The notes under the pieces were generated by a model. It had not been told where the DNA came from and made no database searches. It saw only the letters and a list, made by a program, of their open reading frames with translations. The position numbers and the translations under genes are program-made. From NCBI GenBank assembly GCA_964354495.1, contig CAYHAA010000025.1, positions 1 to 23,732 on the forward strand: a DNA stretch of 23,732 nt. The letters are read 5' to 3'. Source of the stretch: an uncultured archaeon. GTDB taxonomy: Archaea; Asgardarchaeota; Thorarchaeia; Thorarchaeales; Thorarchaeaceae. Below are positions 1 to 7,324 of this stretch, one piece after another (position 1 is the stretch's first letter; each line of letters opens with the position of its first letter).

Positions 1-76
1 GACAACCTCAGAGTCCTGTTTCCCACCAGGGATATTTAAAGACCTACACGAATGGTTCACAGAATCATCTAAGGGA

Positions 77-118
77 TGTCCAACTTTGTCGAAGTCTTCA
101 GCAGCTGTTGCATACCCT
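77..118 (+). repeat. Site A: 42-bp copy of a non-coding repeated motif upstream of the surface-protein gene
   Basis: TGTCCAACTTTGTCGAAGTCTTCAGCAGCTGTTGCATACCCT; 35/42 identical to 3151-3192 in direct orientation. 75-95 matches the reverse complement of 3024-3044 at 18/21. Confidence 0.9.
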
Positions 119-375
119 CAAAGCCTCATATTGATTGGGTCCATTGAGATATTAAAGTTCAGGTGTACGAGGGCACACAGTTCAAGCTGACTGACGCATC
201 AACGGGCGCTGAGCGGTACTATGAACGACATTGCTTAATTAGCCGTTTGCCTGACAAAGAAACAAGAGTAGTATGCGTGGCTGATAGGTCTCCGATCTCT
301 CTCGAACAGATGAGGAGAAGGCGAGCAATCATGTTTTTGGAGTCTCAGCCAGCGCAACAGAGGAGGTCTCTAAGA

Positions 376-2913
376 GTGAATCTGGGAAGAGATACTAGCA
401 GGAAAGCACTGAGCATACTGATTGTGCTGGTGCTCGTAATGAGCTACGGAGGCTCGACAGCAACGAAGGGAGCTATTCCTTCTGAGCCTGAGAGCATGGT
501 CCGCAACAACCAGAGTATGTTGTCAGCTGGTCTGGAACGCTACACCGATGAGCCATTGACCGGATACGTTGAAGCGTGGTCAGGCAATAAGACAAGCGGC
601 GGTGTTGAGTTTACTAGCAACATCATAGGAGAGCCAGACGGCCTCCTCATGGAGATGTGGCTTATGTCGTCGTTTGAGTTTGCTGTCTTCAAGATTGACA
701 GCTCCATCATGAGCGACTCACTGACGCTAAAGGGATTCGTTGATGGCGGTGGTGTTGAAACGAATTTTGAAGTGTACAGCTGGGTCGACCCTTACACTGA
801 GCCCGAACTCGACGGAGTGACAAATGTCAGTATCAGCGACGATTGGTTCCTTCTTGGATTCAATATTGCAGCAGTCGGTGATGTCGTGCTCGAATATGCA
901 AACACATCTATCGAGTACTTGCTCCTGGTGGGACGGAATCCTACTGTAGCACCCGGATATTACCAATCACTTGACGCGATTGAGGTCCATGGGTTCACCA
1001 ATGTGATGGCAGACGAAGAGAATGATGGTCTTCCGGACATCTGGCAGTACCCTGATGTTGAGATGTTCAATGTTTCAATCGACATCGACCTGTTCGGTGA
1101 GACCTATGGCATCATGGGACTCGTGGGTGTTGCAGCTGAAGGGAGCACGAACCTAGACTTCCTTCTGCCCTTCATCAAGCTCGGAGTCATTGAGCCTACC
1201 GAGGTCGACGAGACCCATTACTACGTCATCTGTCAGGCTGAGCTCACACTTCCGTTCAGCGGGGTCAACGACTACCTCCAGTTTCTGAACTCCTACGACC
1301 TCGTGAACATGACCTTCATTGAGGGTAACGCTACCATACTCACTGAGACCATGAATGCATTTTCACACTACATCGGGCAGGATGACAGAATCAGGACCTA
1401 TCACGTCATAGACTACACTGTCGATGGCACCTTCAATCCTCACAACTACTACGCTGCCCAAGGTCAGATCAATGCAGAGTACACAACACTTGATACAAAG
1501 ACCGTCACACCAAAGACAGCTCAGGAGGAGTTCGACCTTGATGTCAGCATCGTGCTAGACATTGCGGAGAATGTCTTGGATGCTGTTCAGGGCGGCAAAG
1601 ACATGGCCACGCAGTTCATGAGCAAGATAATTGGTTTCATTCAGGGTAAGATGCTTGATGGCATCGGAAAAGAACTGCTTGAGAAGATAACCAAGAAAGC
1701 TCTCAAAACTGCTCTCAAGGCAATTTTCTCAATCACGACCATCAAGGACATCGTAGTCAAGGGCTCAAAGATTCTAGAGAAACTAGGAGTGGAGCTTCCC
1801 GACTGGCTCACCACAGCGCGTGACTTTGTTGAGAGCATCCCGTTCATCGACCCGCCAGTGGAGATCTGGAAGGTCCGACTGACCTTTGTGAACGAGACCA
1901 CGAGCCTGCCTGTCCTCGGATACGACTATATCAATAACGCATCCATCTACTCGCATCCGAAGGGTATCTACTTCGGAGATACCTACAGCGCGCAGGTGAT
2001 TCTGTCTTCCAGAGATATCTTCCCGGTGATAGGAAGGATTCAGTCAGTCAATGGGTCAAGGACTCTAACTGGCAATCTCTACGTGGAGGATCTAGGAACG
2101 CTTGAGGCGACGATGGCTAGGTCCTCGCTTGAACCAGGTGAGGCAGCAAGAGGAAGGATATACGCATTGCCGCCTGACGACATCCTTGTCATCAGTCAAT
2201 GCCACATCACAGCAGCACCAGGTCTATCCACAACTGTCGAGCTGGGCAATCTGTTCAATATCTCTCTCACAATCACTGATGAGAACGGAACACTGCTCTC
2301 TGATGTGTCAAGAGCCCGCGCAGCGATCAACAACATGCCCTATCCCATGATAGAACTGCCCATTGTGGCTGAGGCTGACGGAAGACTCACTCTGACAGTG
2401 GACACAGACACTCTGGGTGTGCTCCCCGGCGACTACATGGTAGCGGCAGTCTACAAACCAATGGCGATGTTCCACGACTACTGGAACTTCACGTTTGTCC
2501 TACAAGACACGGTAGCTCCGTACATCGGCAATCTGAATGGAATTGAGAGCGCGGATCACACAACAGTCGTCTTCAGTGCGATAGTCAGCGACTTTGACCT
2601 GAATATCAGCAGTGTCATACTGAAGACTATCGATGGCTCCGATAGCCTTGCTCTAGCGGTGTCACATCAGATGACCAGCAATGGAACTCACTACGTGGTC
2701 AGTCTTGCAGTAACGGACTTCAGTGCTGCAACTGTCTATTACAGGGTTGAAGCCGCAGACAATTCTGGCAACGAGGCTCAGACCCCACTGCAGTCGGTGA
2801 ACATCGTAGGTCTCTCTGAGCTGGGGCCACTTGGTATCTACATAGCAGCTGGGGTCGGTGCTGTCGCAGTAGTAGGTATTCTCCTCTACTTCATCAGACG
2901 CCCCGGACGCTAG
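376..2913 (+). CDS. Large membrane-anchored surface glycoprotein (845 aa): N-terminal signal/TM, acidic beta-rich domains, central Lys-rich helical segment, C-terminal Ig-like domain and TM anchor
   Basis: Long ORF (track 163-2913). GTG at 376 follows AGGAGG (361-366) and precedes the hydrophobic ALSILIVLVLVMS. About 15 N-x-S/T sequons. DEENDGLPDIW resembles a Ca-binding motif. It ends in LGIYIAAGVGAVAVVGILLYFIRR (TM plus basic tail). Confidence 0.85.
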   Translation: MNLGRDTSRKALSILIVLVLVMSYGGSTATKGAIPSEPESMVRNNQSMLSAGLERYTDEPLTGYVEAWSGNKTSGGVEFTSNIIGEPDGLLMEMWLMSSFEFAVFKIDSSIMSDSLTLKGFVDGGGVETNFEVYSWVDPYTEPELDGVTNVSISDDWFLLGFNIAAVGDVVLEYANTSIEYLLLVGRNPTVAPGYYQSLDAIEVHGFTNVMADEENDGLPDIWQYPDVEMFNVSIDIDLFGETYGIMGLVGVAAEGSTNLDFLLPFIKLGVIEPTEVDETHYYVICQAELTLPFSGVNDYLQFLNSYDLVNMTFIEGNATILTETMNAFSHYIGQDDRIRTYHVIDYTVDGTFNPHNYYAAQGQINAEYTTLDTKTVTPKTAQEEFDLDVSIVLDIAENVLDAVQGGKDMATQFMSKIIGFIQGKMLDGIGKELLEKITKKALKTALKAIFSITTIKDIVVKGSKILEKLGVELPDWLTTARDFVESIPFIDPPVEIWKVRLTFVNETTSLPVLGYDYINNASIYSHPKGIYFGDTYSAQVILSSRDIFPVIGRIQSVNGSRTLTGNLYVEDLGTLEATMARSSLEPGEAARGRIYALPPDDILVISQCHITAAPGLSTTVELGNLFNISLTITDENGTLLSDVSRARAAINNMPYPMIELPIVAEADGRLTLTVDTDTLGVLPGDYMVAAVYKPMAMFHDYWNFTFVLQDTVAPYIGNLNGIESADHTTVVFSAIVSDFDLNISSVILKTIDGSDSLALAVSHQMTSNGTHYVVSLAVTDFSAATVYYRVEAADNSGNEAQTPLQSVNIVGLSELGPLGIYIAAGVGAVAVVGILLYFIRRPGR

Positions 2914-2937
2914 GCTGAGCAGGTGGAAGAATCCGAT

Positions 2938-2971
2938 AAGGCAGGATGTGCGTTTGTCGCACTCTTGCCTT
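2938..2971 (+). terminator. Strong hairpin 24 nt after the stop codon (terminator or 3' stabilising stem)
   Basis: AAGGCAGGA-T-GTGCG / loop TTTGT / CGCAC-TCTTGCCTT: 14 pairs including one G-T, with one bulged T. Confidence 0.5.
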
Positions 2972-3004
2972 CTCACTCACTCTCTCCCACCGACCTCAGG
3001 AAAC

Positions 3005-3044
3005 TGCAACACCGTTCATTGTTAGTTGGACAAACTTGGACATC
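3005..3044 (-). repeat. Site C: inverted copy of the repeated motif
   Basis: Reverse complement reads GATGTCCAAGTTTGTCCAACT-N11-TGTTGCA. The core is 17/19 identical to site B and 18/21 to site A. The distal TGTTGCA of site A is kept, shifted by 2 nt. Confidence 0.85.
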
Positions 3045-3138
3045 GGAGTGCTGTCCGCCCAGGAAACGACACTGGGTTCGACTCCGTGAGGACAGAGTTC
3101 ATGTCAGGTCATCCTCACAGAATTAGTTCGGACCGAAC
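3044..3138. other. Densely self-complementary segment between sites C and B (candidate ncRNA or structured ssDNA)
   Basis: Stems CGGAGT/ACTCCG (3044-49/3081-86), CTGTCC/GGACAG (3051-56/3090-95), CCCAG/CTGGG (3058-62/3072-76), GTGAGGA/TCCTCAC (3086-92/3112-18), and palindrome GTTCGG-A-CCGAAC (3126-38). Confidence 0.4.
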
Positions 3139-3150
3139 AATATAAGCACC

Positions 3151-3192
3151 TGTCCAACTTTGTCCAAGTCTCTTGCAGCTGTTGTCAACCCT
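3151..3192 (+). repeat. Site B: 42-bp direct copy of site A
   Basis: TGTCCAACTTTGTCCAAGTCTCTTGCAGCTGTTGTCAACCCT; 35/42 identical to 77-118, starting 3074 bp downstream of it. Confidence 0.9.
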
Positions 3193-3215
3193 TATAGCAT
3201 GCCGCACCAATAGCA

Positions 3216-4112
3216 TCATCCAAGTTTCTGCTGAATTTCAGCAACTTTCACTCCTGTAATCGCCGCAAGGTCAAGTGTATGCTGATAGTCTATCAGGTAC
3301 TGTGCGATATTGTCTGAAGGTCTATGCGTTTCCAGTCTCCCTCTGATGAGTTCCACATATTCCGGGTCAATCTCGACGACAACGCAGCTTCTCTTTACTT
3401 GATCTGCCACAACTGCTGTGGTTCCTGTCCCGGCCATAGGATCAAAGACAACATCCTTGGGCATAGATGATGTGAGAATGATTCTGAGGAGCAGTGCGAT
3501 GGGTGTCTGCTGTTTGTGAATCCTGCTGCCCTCCTTGTCCCGGACAGCCTCATCCCCTGCGAAATAGCCAGAGGTCAACTCTCTGATGTCCTCCCAGATG
3601 TCTGTGACATACATTCCAGACTTTCGTTGACGCTTGTAGTTCGGCGGCAACGGCGGATCGATCCTCAGTCTGTTGAATACTCGTGGTCTCTCTCCCTTTG
3701 TGACAAAGGCAATGACCTGGTATTGCTTTCCATATCTCATGTTCGAGGGAACAGCGGAGGTCATCTTTCGCCAGATGATCAGATTCTGGTAGTTCCAGCC
3801 TGACTCTCTGAGGACTTTGAGAAGACGCTCGGTGTTCTTCTCTCGATGCATGAGATAGAGTGCTCCTCCCTGCGTTGTCACACGATGAATCTCGCTCACT
3901 ACGTCCTGTATCCAGTTCCAGTATTTCTCCGGGTCCTGTGAATCATCGAAATAGCTGTAGTCCTTTCCCTGATTATAGGGTGGGTCGAAAAAGGTCAGGT
4001 CCACATTCCTGACATGTCCCTCTCTGATGAAGTCTAGGCAGTTTCCAAGCAAGACCTCATGGTTAGGATTTTTCTTGACCACAGCATTCCACCCTAATCG
4101 GGGAAGTACCAA
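3216..4112 (-). CDS. Site-specific DNA methyltransferase, beta class (N6-adenine or N4-cytosine), with no adjacent endonuclease
   Basis: N-terminal catalytic DPPY, IIWRK, H...TP..LL.RII, and C-terminal SAM motif VFDPMAGTGTT...VEIDPEY. This motif order defines beta-class enzymes. The true start may be GTG at 4082. Confidence 0.92.
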   Translation of the reverse strand: MVLPRLGWNAVVKKNPNHEVLLGNCLDFIREGHVRNVDLTFFDPPYNQGKDYSYFDDSQDPEKYWNWIQDVVSEIHRVTTQGGALYLMHREKNTERLLKVLRESGWNYQNLIIWRKMTSAVPSNMRYGKQYQVIAFVTKGERPRVFNRLRIDPPLPPNYKRQRKSGMYVTDIWEDIRELTSGYFAGDEAVRDKEGSRIHKQQTPIALLLRIILTSSMPKDVVFDPMAGTGTTAVVADQVKRSCVVVEIDPEYVELIRGRLETHRPSDNIAQYLIDYQHTLDLAAITGVKVAEIQQKLG

Positions 4113-4255
4113 CTCTATGTCATAGTGACATATGCTGGCTTCTATGTATTCTGCTTTAGAACCGGCTATTGATATTCACATATTGCTCTGTTGACAATCA
4201 TTAAGTGGTATGGGACAAATCAAATACCGACACTGCTCGAGGAGGCGGGTCGTGA

Positions 4256-4981
4256 TTGAATCTAGGATACATCCTCTCTAAGGTATCAACTGCTGCGGCC
4301 GCTGTTGTTCTTTATCTGCCAGTCGTCGCTGGGATTATCACGCCCATGCTGTGGATTCTGCCGGCATGGTATGTATCTTGGTACCTCCTCTCCTATATTG
4401 TTCCTTTCTCGAACACATGGTCGGGCGTCTTCACTGTGTCATGGGACCCTGTTTCCGGCTCTGACAACGTTATGATTGTAGTCGCTTTCTGGCTCTTTGG
4501 ACTAGCAACATTCATAGTCGGCTCTGGACTCTTTCTCTACGCCTTGGCAACGATGGTCCGCGCTCGTTCTTCTACGAGCGAACTTATCACTTCAGGTCCC
4601 TACAGATGGATTCGGCATCCCCAACATCTTGGCATCATCCTCATGCTCTTCCTTCTTGCATTCCATATCGATGGCTTCGATTCTGTCGACATCCGTCTGG
4701 GTAACGTAGTTTCACTCTCTTCACTTGTCCTTCTTCTGGTTCTCGTAGCAGACATCGAAGAGATTGGTCTATCCAAGAAGTTTGGCGATGATTTCCTGAA
4801 CTACAGTCTGAATACTCCATTTATGCTGCCTCTTCGAGTTCCGAGCTCAATCAAAATGAAACTACCAGCTGTTCTCAACCGCAGGTCTGTCCGGTATCTG
4901 CTGGCTTTTGTGCTCTTCTGGTCTGTGATGACCCTGTTGTCGTATGCCTTCACGTTCCTGCCTCTGTTCTATGTACGATGA
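4256..4981 (+). CDS. Isoprenylcysteine carboxyl methyltransferase (ICMT/PEMT) family membrane protein
   Basis: Multiple TM helices; LITSGPYRWIRHPQHLG and EE..L.KKFG..F..Y...TP signatures; GGAGG at 4241-45 before TTG. Confidence 0.85.
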   Translation: MNLGYILSKVSTAAAAVVLYLPVVAGIITPMLWILPAWYVSWYLLSYIVPFSNTWSGVFTVSWDPVSGSDNVMIVVAFWLFGLATFIVGSGLFLYALATMVRARSSTSELITSGPYRWIRHPQHLGIILMLFLLAFHIDGFDSVDIRLGNVVSLSSLVLLLVLVADIEEIGLSKKFGDDFLNYSLNTPFMLPLRVPSSIKMKLPAVLNRRSVRYLLAFVLFWSVMTLLSYAFTFLPLFYVR

Positions 4982-5082
4982 GACAACTGCCAACAGAAAG
5001 GATCCGGCATCATTCTTCAGGATTTGTAAGGGCTATCACCAGATTGACGTATACTGTACTCACAATGCACTAAATCGATAAT

Positions 5083-5096
5083 GTAAAATTATATAA
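5083..5096 (+). promoter_or_regulatory. Archaeal BRE/TATA promoter for the HxlR-like gene
   Basis: GTAAAA followed by TTATATAA (5089-96), 42 nt upstream of ATG 5139. Confidence 0.6.
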
Positions 5097-5138
5097 CACA
5101 TTGTTACGCAATCATCTATCAGTTGGCGAAGTACAACC

Positions 5139-5519
5139 ATGATTTTGGGTGAAACAACTCATTATAAAACAACCGAACCCTTGACTGAGATATTCTCTCA
5201 TCTTGGGCGTGCCTATACAGTACCTCTCATTCTTGCGCTTGGTGAGCGTTCGTGCAATATCGATGTTCGCGAGCTTCAGGAGAGCATTGACTCGGGAAGT
5301 GGCAGGAGACTCAATGAGTCGACCATCTCGAAATGCCTCACGGGTCTCGTCGGACTTGGTCTTGTTGAGGGGACAATACCTGCACACTCTGCTTCAGTAG
5401 CAGAATACAGTCTGACCTCTGCAGGTCAGCAGATCTATAGACACCTCCTCCAGATTCGTCATGTAGCTGAAAGAGCTAACGATGACGAGACCTTCCTTGA
5501 CAGTGTGTCGGCCTGCTAA
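5139..5519 (+). CDS. HxlR-like winged-helix transcriptional regulator
   Basis: 126 aa; pattern IL..L......ELQ..I.....STISKCL..L...GLV........EYSLT..GQ. Confidence 0.75.
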   Translation: MILGETTHYKTTEPLTEIFSHLGRAYTVPLILALGERSCNIDVRELQESIDSGSGRRLNESTISKCLTGLVGLGLVEGTIPAHSASVAEYSLTSAGQQIYRHLLQIRHVAERANDDETFLDSVSAC

Positions 5520-5541
5520 GAAACCTTTCCAGACTGTCCGA

Positions 5542-5578
5542 TTCAGGGTCCCTCATGGGCCCTGAAACCCTACTTTTT
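5542..5578 (+). terminator. Hairpin plus T-tract after the HxlR-like gene
   Basis: TTCAGGGTCC-CTCAT-GGGCCCTGAA (10-bp stem, one G-T pair), followed by ACCCTAC-TTTTT. Confidence 0.55.
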
Positions 5579-5726
5579 CTATTAGCCATTTTTCCATTGC
5601 TTCAGATTCCCACAGCCTTAGCAATATGGAATTGCTGAAACCAACGCAATTCTTTATTTGACAACTATGCATATAGTACACGACGCAATGGTGCGTCCTG
5701 TGAACAAGTGTGAGTAAGGGATTCAA

Positions 5727-5975
5727 ATGCAAATTAAGAAAAGAGATGGTTCGCTCGAGCCATACATGCCAGAGAAGGTAGTAGTCGCCGCAGTGAAGTG
5801 CGGTGCTCCGTATCAGACTGCACGTGACATTGCTGCCTCGCTGTCAAAAAGACCCGAGAGTGTCATGAATGCCACCGATGTCAAAACATACATCCTGACC
5901 GAACTCCGTTCGAAAGGTGCAGCGAAGGCTGCTGATAATTGGGAAGCTTACGATCGCAAGCACAAGAAGAAGTAA
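5727..5975 (+). CDS. Stand-alone ATP-cone domain protein
   Basis: 82 aa; the N-terminus MQIKKRDGSLEPY..EKV is the ATP-cone signature (V.KRDG..E.F...KI). Confidence 0.85.
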   Translation: MQIKKRDGSLEPYMPEKVVVAAVKCGAPYQTARDIAASLSKRPESVMNATDVKTYILTELRSKGAAKAADNWEAYDRKHKKK

Positions 5976-6229
5976 GTTCTGGAAGAAGGGTTCCATTTAC
6001 TGGTTTGAGAGTCTGCATCAGAAACGCGTCATTCTTGACATGAGCTTTGATATCATCAAACCGCTTGCCTAGATGATACTCTATTTGACAGAGTTGCACT
6101 GTGATTGCAGCGCATCTCGCGGTGTTCCCTGTCTGAGAATCATCATTGATGCATATAGTTGAAATATCTGCTCTGCTTGATTGCAGAAAGGATGGTCAAG
6201 TACCACACAGGGTCGGTGGGACAGGACAC

Positions 6230-6964
6230 ATGAAGACAATCGACTACGACTCCGTTTCAAAGGTCTATGATGAGGTACGTACAGGCGACCCGGAGATGGT
6301 GCACCATATTTTGGAGGGCACCACTCTCACTCATGACTCCAAGGTACTTGACGTTGGCTGTGGCACTGGAAACAACACTCTTCTTCTTCAGGCTGCGACT
6401 TCTTCTAAGTTGGTAGGACTTGATATCTCACGCGGCATGCTCCAGAAGACCCGACAGAAGACAGATCGAATTCAGCTTGTCCAGTCCCCTGCAGAATCAA
6501 TCCCCTTTGCAGACCAGTCCTTTCGCTTGGTGTACATGACCGAGGTCCTGCATCACATTCGAGACATTGAGCCCGCATTTCAAGAACTACATAGGATACT
6601 CGAACCAGATGGCTCTCTCTGCATCGTCACGCAGTCACATCAACAGATTGAGCAACGAATGACCTCAAGGTTCTTCCCGGCATCCGCAAAGGTGGACAAG
6701 GAGAGATATCCTGACATCAGTGTCATTGAAGGTATCCTAACAGCATCGGGCTTTCAAGATGTGCAACCGATATCCGTATCGTTCAAACCAGTGAGGCTTG
6801 GTAATGATTATCTTCTCACAGTCACAGGGCGCGGCTACTCGATGCTTCACAAAATCAGTAAGAATGACTTTGAGTGGGGTTTGAAGAGACTGAGGGCTGC
6901 CTATGACGCTGGTGAGAAACTGATCTATTCTGCAGGCTACACTTTTGTCTGGGCAAAGAAGTGA
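6230..6964 (+). CDS. Class I SAM-dependent methyltransferase
   Basis: VLDVGCGTG motif I, LVGLDISRGML, AESIPFADQSF..V, ELHRILEPDG. The likely start is ATG 6230 (MKTIDY) rather than 6146. Confidence 0.9.
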   Translation: MKTIDYDSVSKVYDEVRTGDPEMVHHILEGTTLTHDSKVLDVGCGTGNNTLLLQAATSSKLVGLDISRGMLQKTRQKTDRIQLVQSPAESIPFADQSFRLVYMTEVLHHIRDIEPAFQELHRILEPDGSLCIVTQSHQQIEQRMTSRFFPASAKVDKERYPDISVIEGILTASGFQDVQPISVSFKPVRLGNDYLLTVTGRGYSMLHKISKNDFEWGLKRLRAAYDAGEKLIYSAGYTFVWAKK

Positions 6965-6967
6965 GTG

Positions 6968-7324
6968 TCACTCGACAACGAGATTGATCGTGCATCGGCT
7001 CTCTAGCTTTGACCTGAACAGCTCCTCGATGACCAGAGTTGTCTGTCCGGGTTTCAGTGCCTTGAAGAACCACTTTCCTTTCTCGGCATCTCCGCCAGTC
7101 CATCCTGGCTTCTTCATGCTCTCTGGGTGCAGGTACTCTGTCTCTGTCTTCTCATGAGATATGATGGAGGAATCTCCAATCGTGAACTGCGCCTCTTCGC
7201 CAACCGATCCATGTCGATGGAACTGATAGTAGAATCTGTCCCCCACAGAGAATTCGAGCACACTATCGTCTCCTGCGCACAGTATTCTTGGAATATCATC
7301 TCTCTCAGGTTTCGTCAGAGTCAC
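6968..7324 (-). CDS. Small Ig-like protein, possibly protease inhibitor I42 (chagasin)-like
   Basis: 118 aa, beta-rich; GG....W.F.ALKPGQTTL resembles I42 proteins, but the canonical NPTTGY loop is replaced by HGSVG. The start overlaps the upstream stop (ATGA, 7321-24). Confidence 0.5.
   Translation of the reverse strand: MTLTKPERDDIPRILCAGDDSVLEFSVGDRFYYQFHRHGSVGEEAQFTIGDSSIISHEKTETEYLHPESMKKPGWTGGDAEKGKWFFKALKPGQTTLVIEELFRSKLESRCTINLVVE

Noticed and set aside
163-375. N-terminal 71 codons of the 916-aa track ORF
   Set aside because: They precede the signal peptide and the AGGAGG-GTG start at 376, so they are probably untranslated.
66-3052. Target-site duplication around A and C
   Set aside because: With TGT...ACA ends the flanks are AGGGA and TCGGA, which do not match. 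With GATG...CATC ends only GG is shared, which is not significant.
3071-3090. CTGGGTTCGACTCC resembles a tRNA T-loop, which would suggest a tRNA gene or att remnant
   Set aside because: The T-stem does not pair (CTGGG versus CCGTG, 3 of 5 pairs), and no acceptor, D or anticodon arm can be built.
101-3181. CAGCTG (PvuII site) in both A and B as the target of the adjacent beta-class methyltransferase
   Set aside because: The enzyme's specificity cannot be inferred by eye, and site C lacks the hexamer. I treat it as coincidence until tested.
77-3192. Sites A, B and C as a CRISPR array
   Set aside because: There are only three copies, in mixed orientation, separated by 2.9 kb and 108 nt, with no cas genes.
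2995-3200. RNase P-like words CAGGAAACTGC and GAAACGACAC
   Set aside because: No complementary 3' P4 strand or CR-V is present, and the spacing is too short for an RNase P RNA.
4107-4200. Possible degenerate fourth site (CCAACTCTATGTC...CTGTTGACAATC) between the methyltransferase and ICMT genes
   Set aside because: Similarity is partial, the spacing is wrong, and the 10-bp tandem is absent. The 7-bp dyad TATGTCA-TAG-TGACATA there is more simply a promoter-region element.
5661-5680. NrdR box upstream of the ATP-cone gene
   Set aside because: The inner spacing does not fit the 16-bp NrdR consensus, and the protein has no NrdR Zn ribbon.
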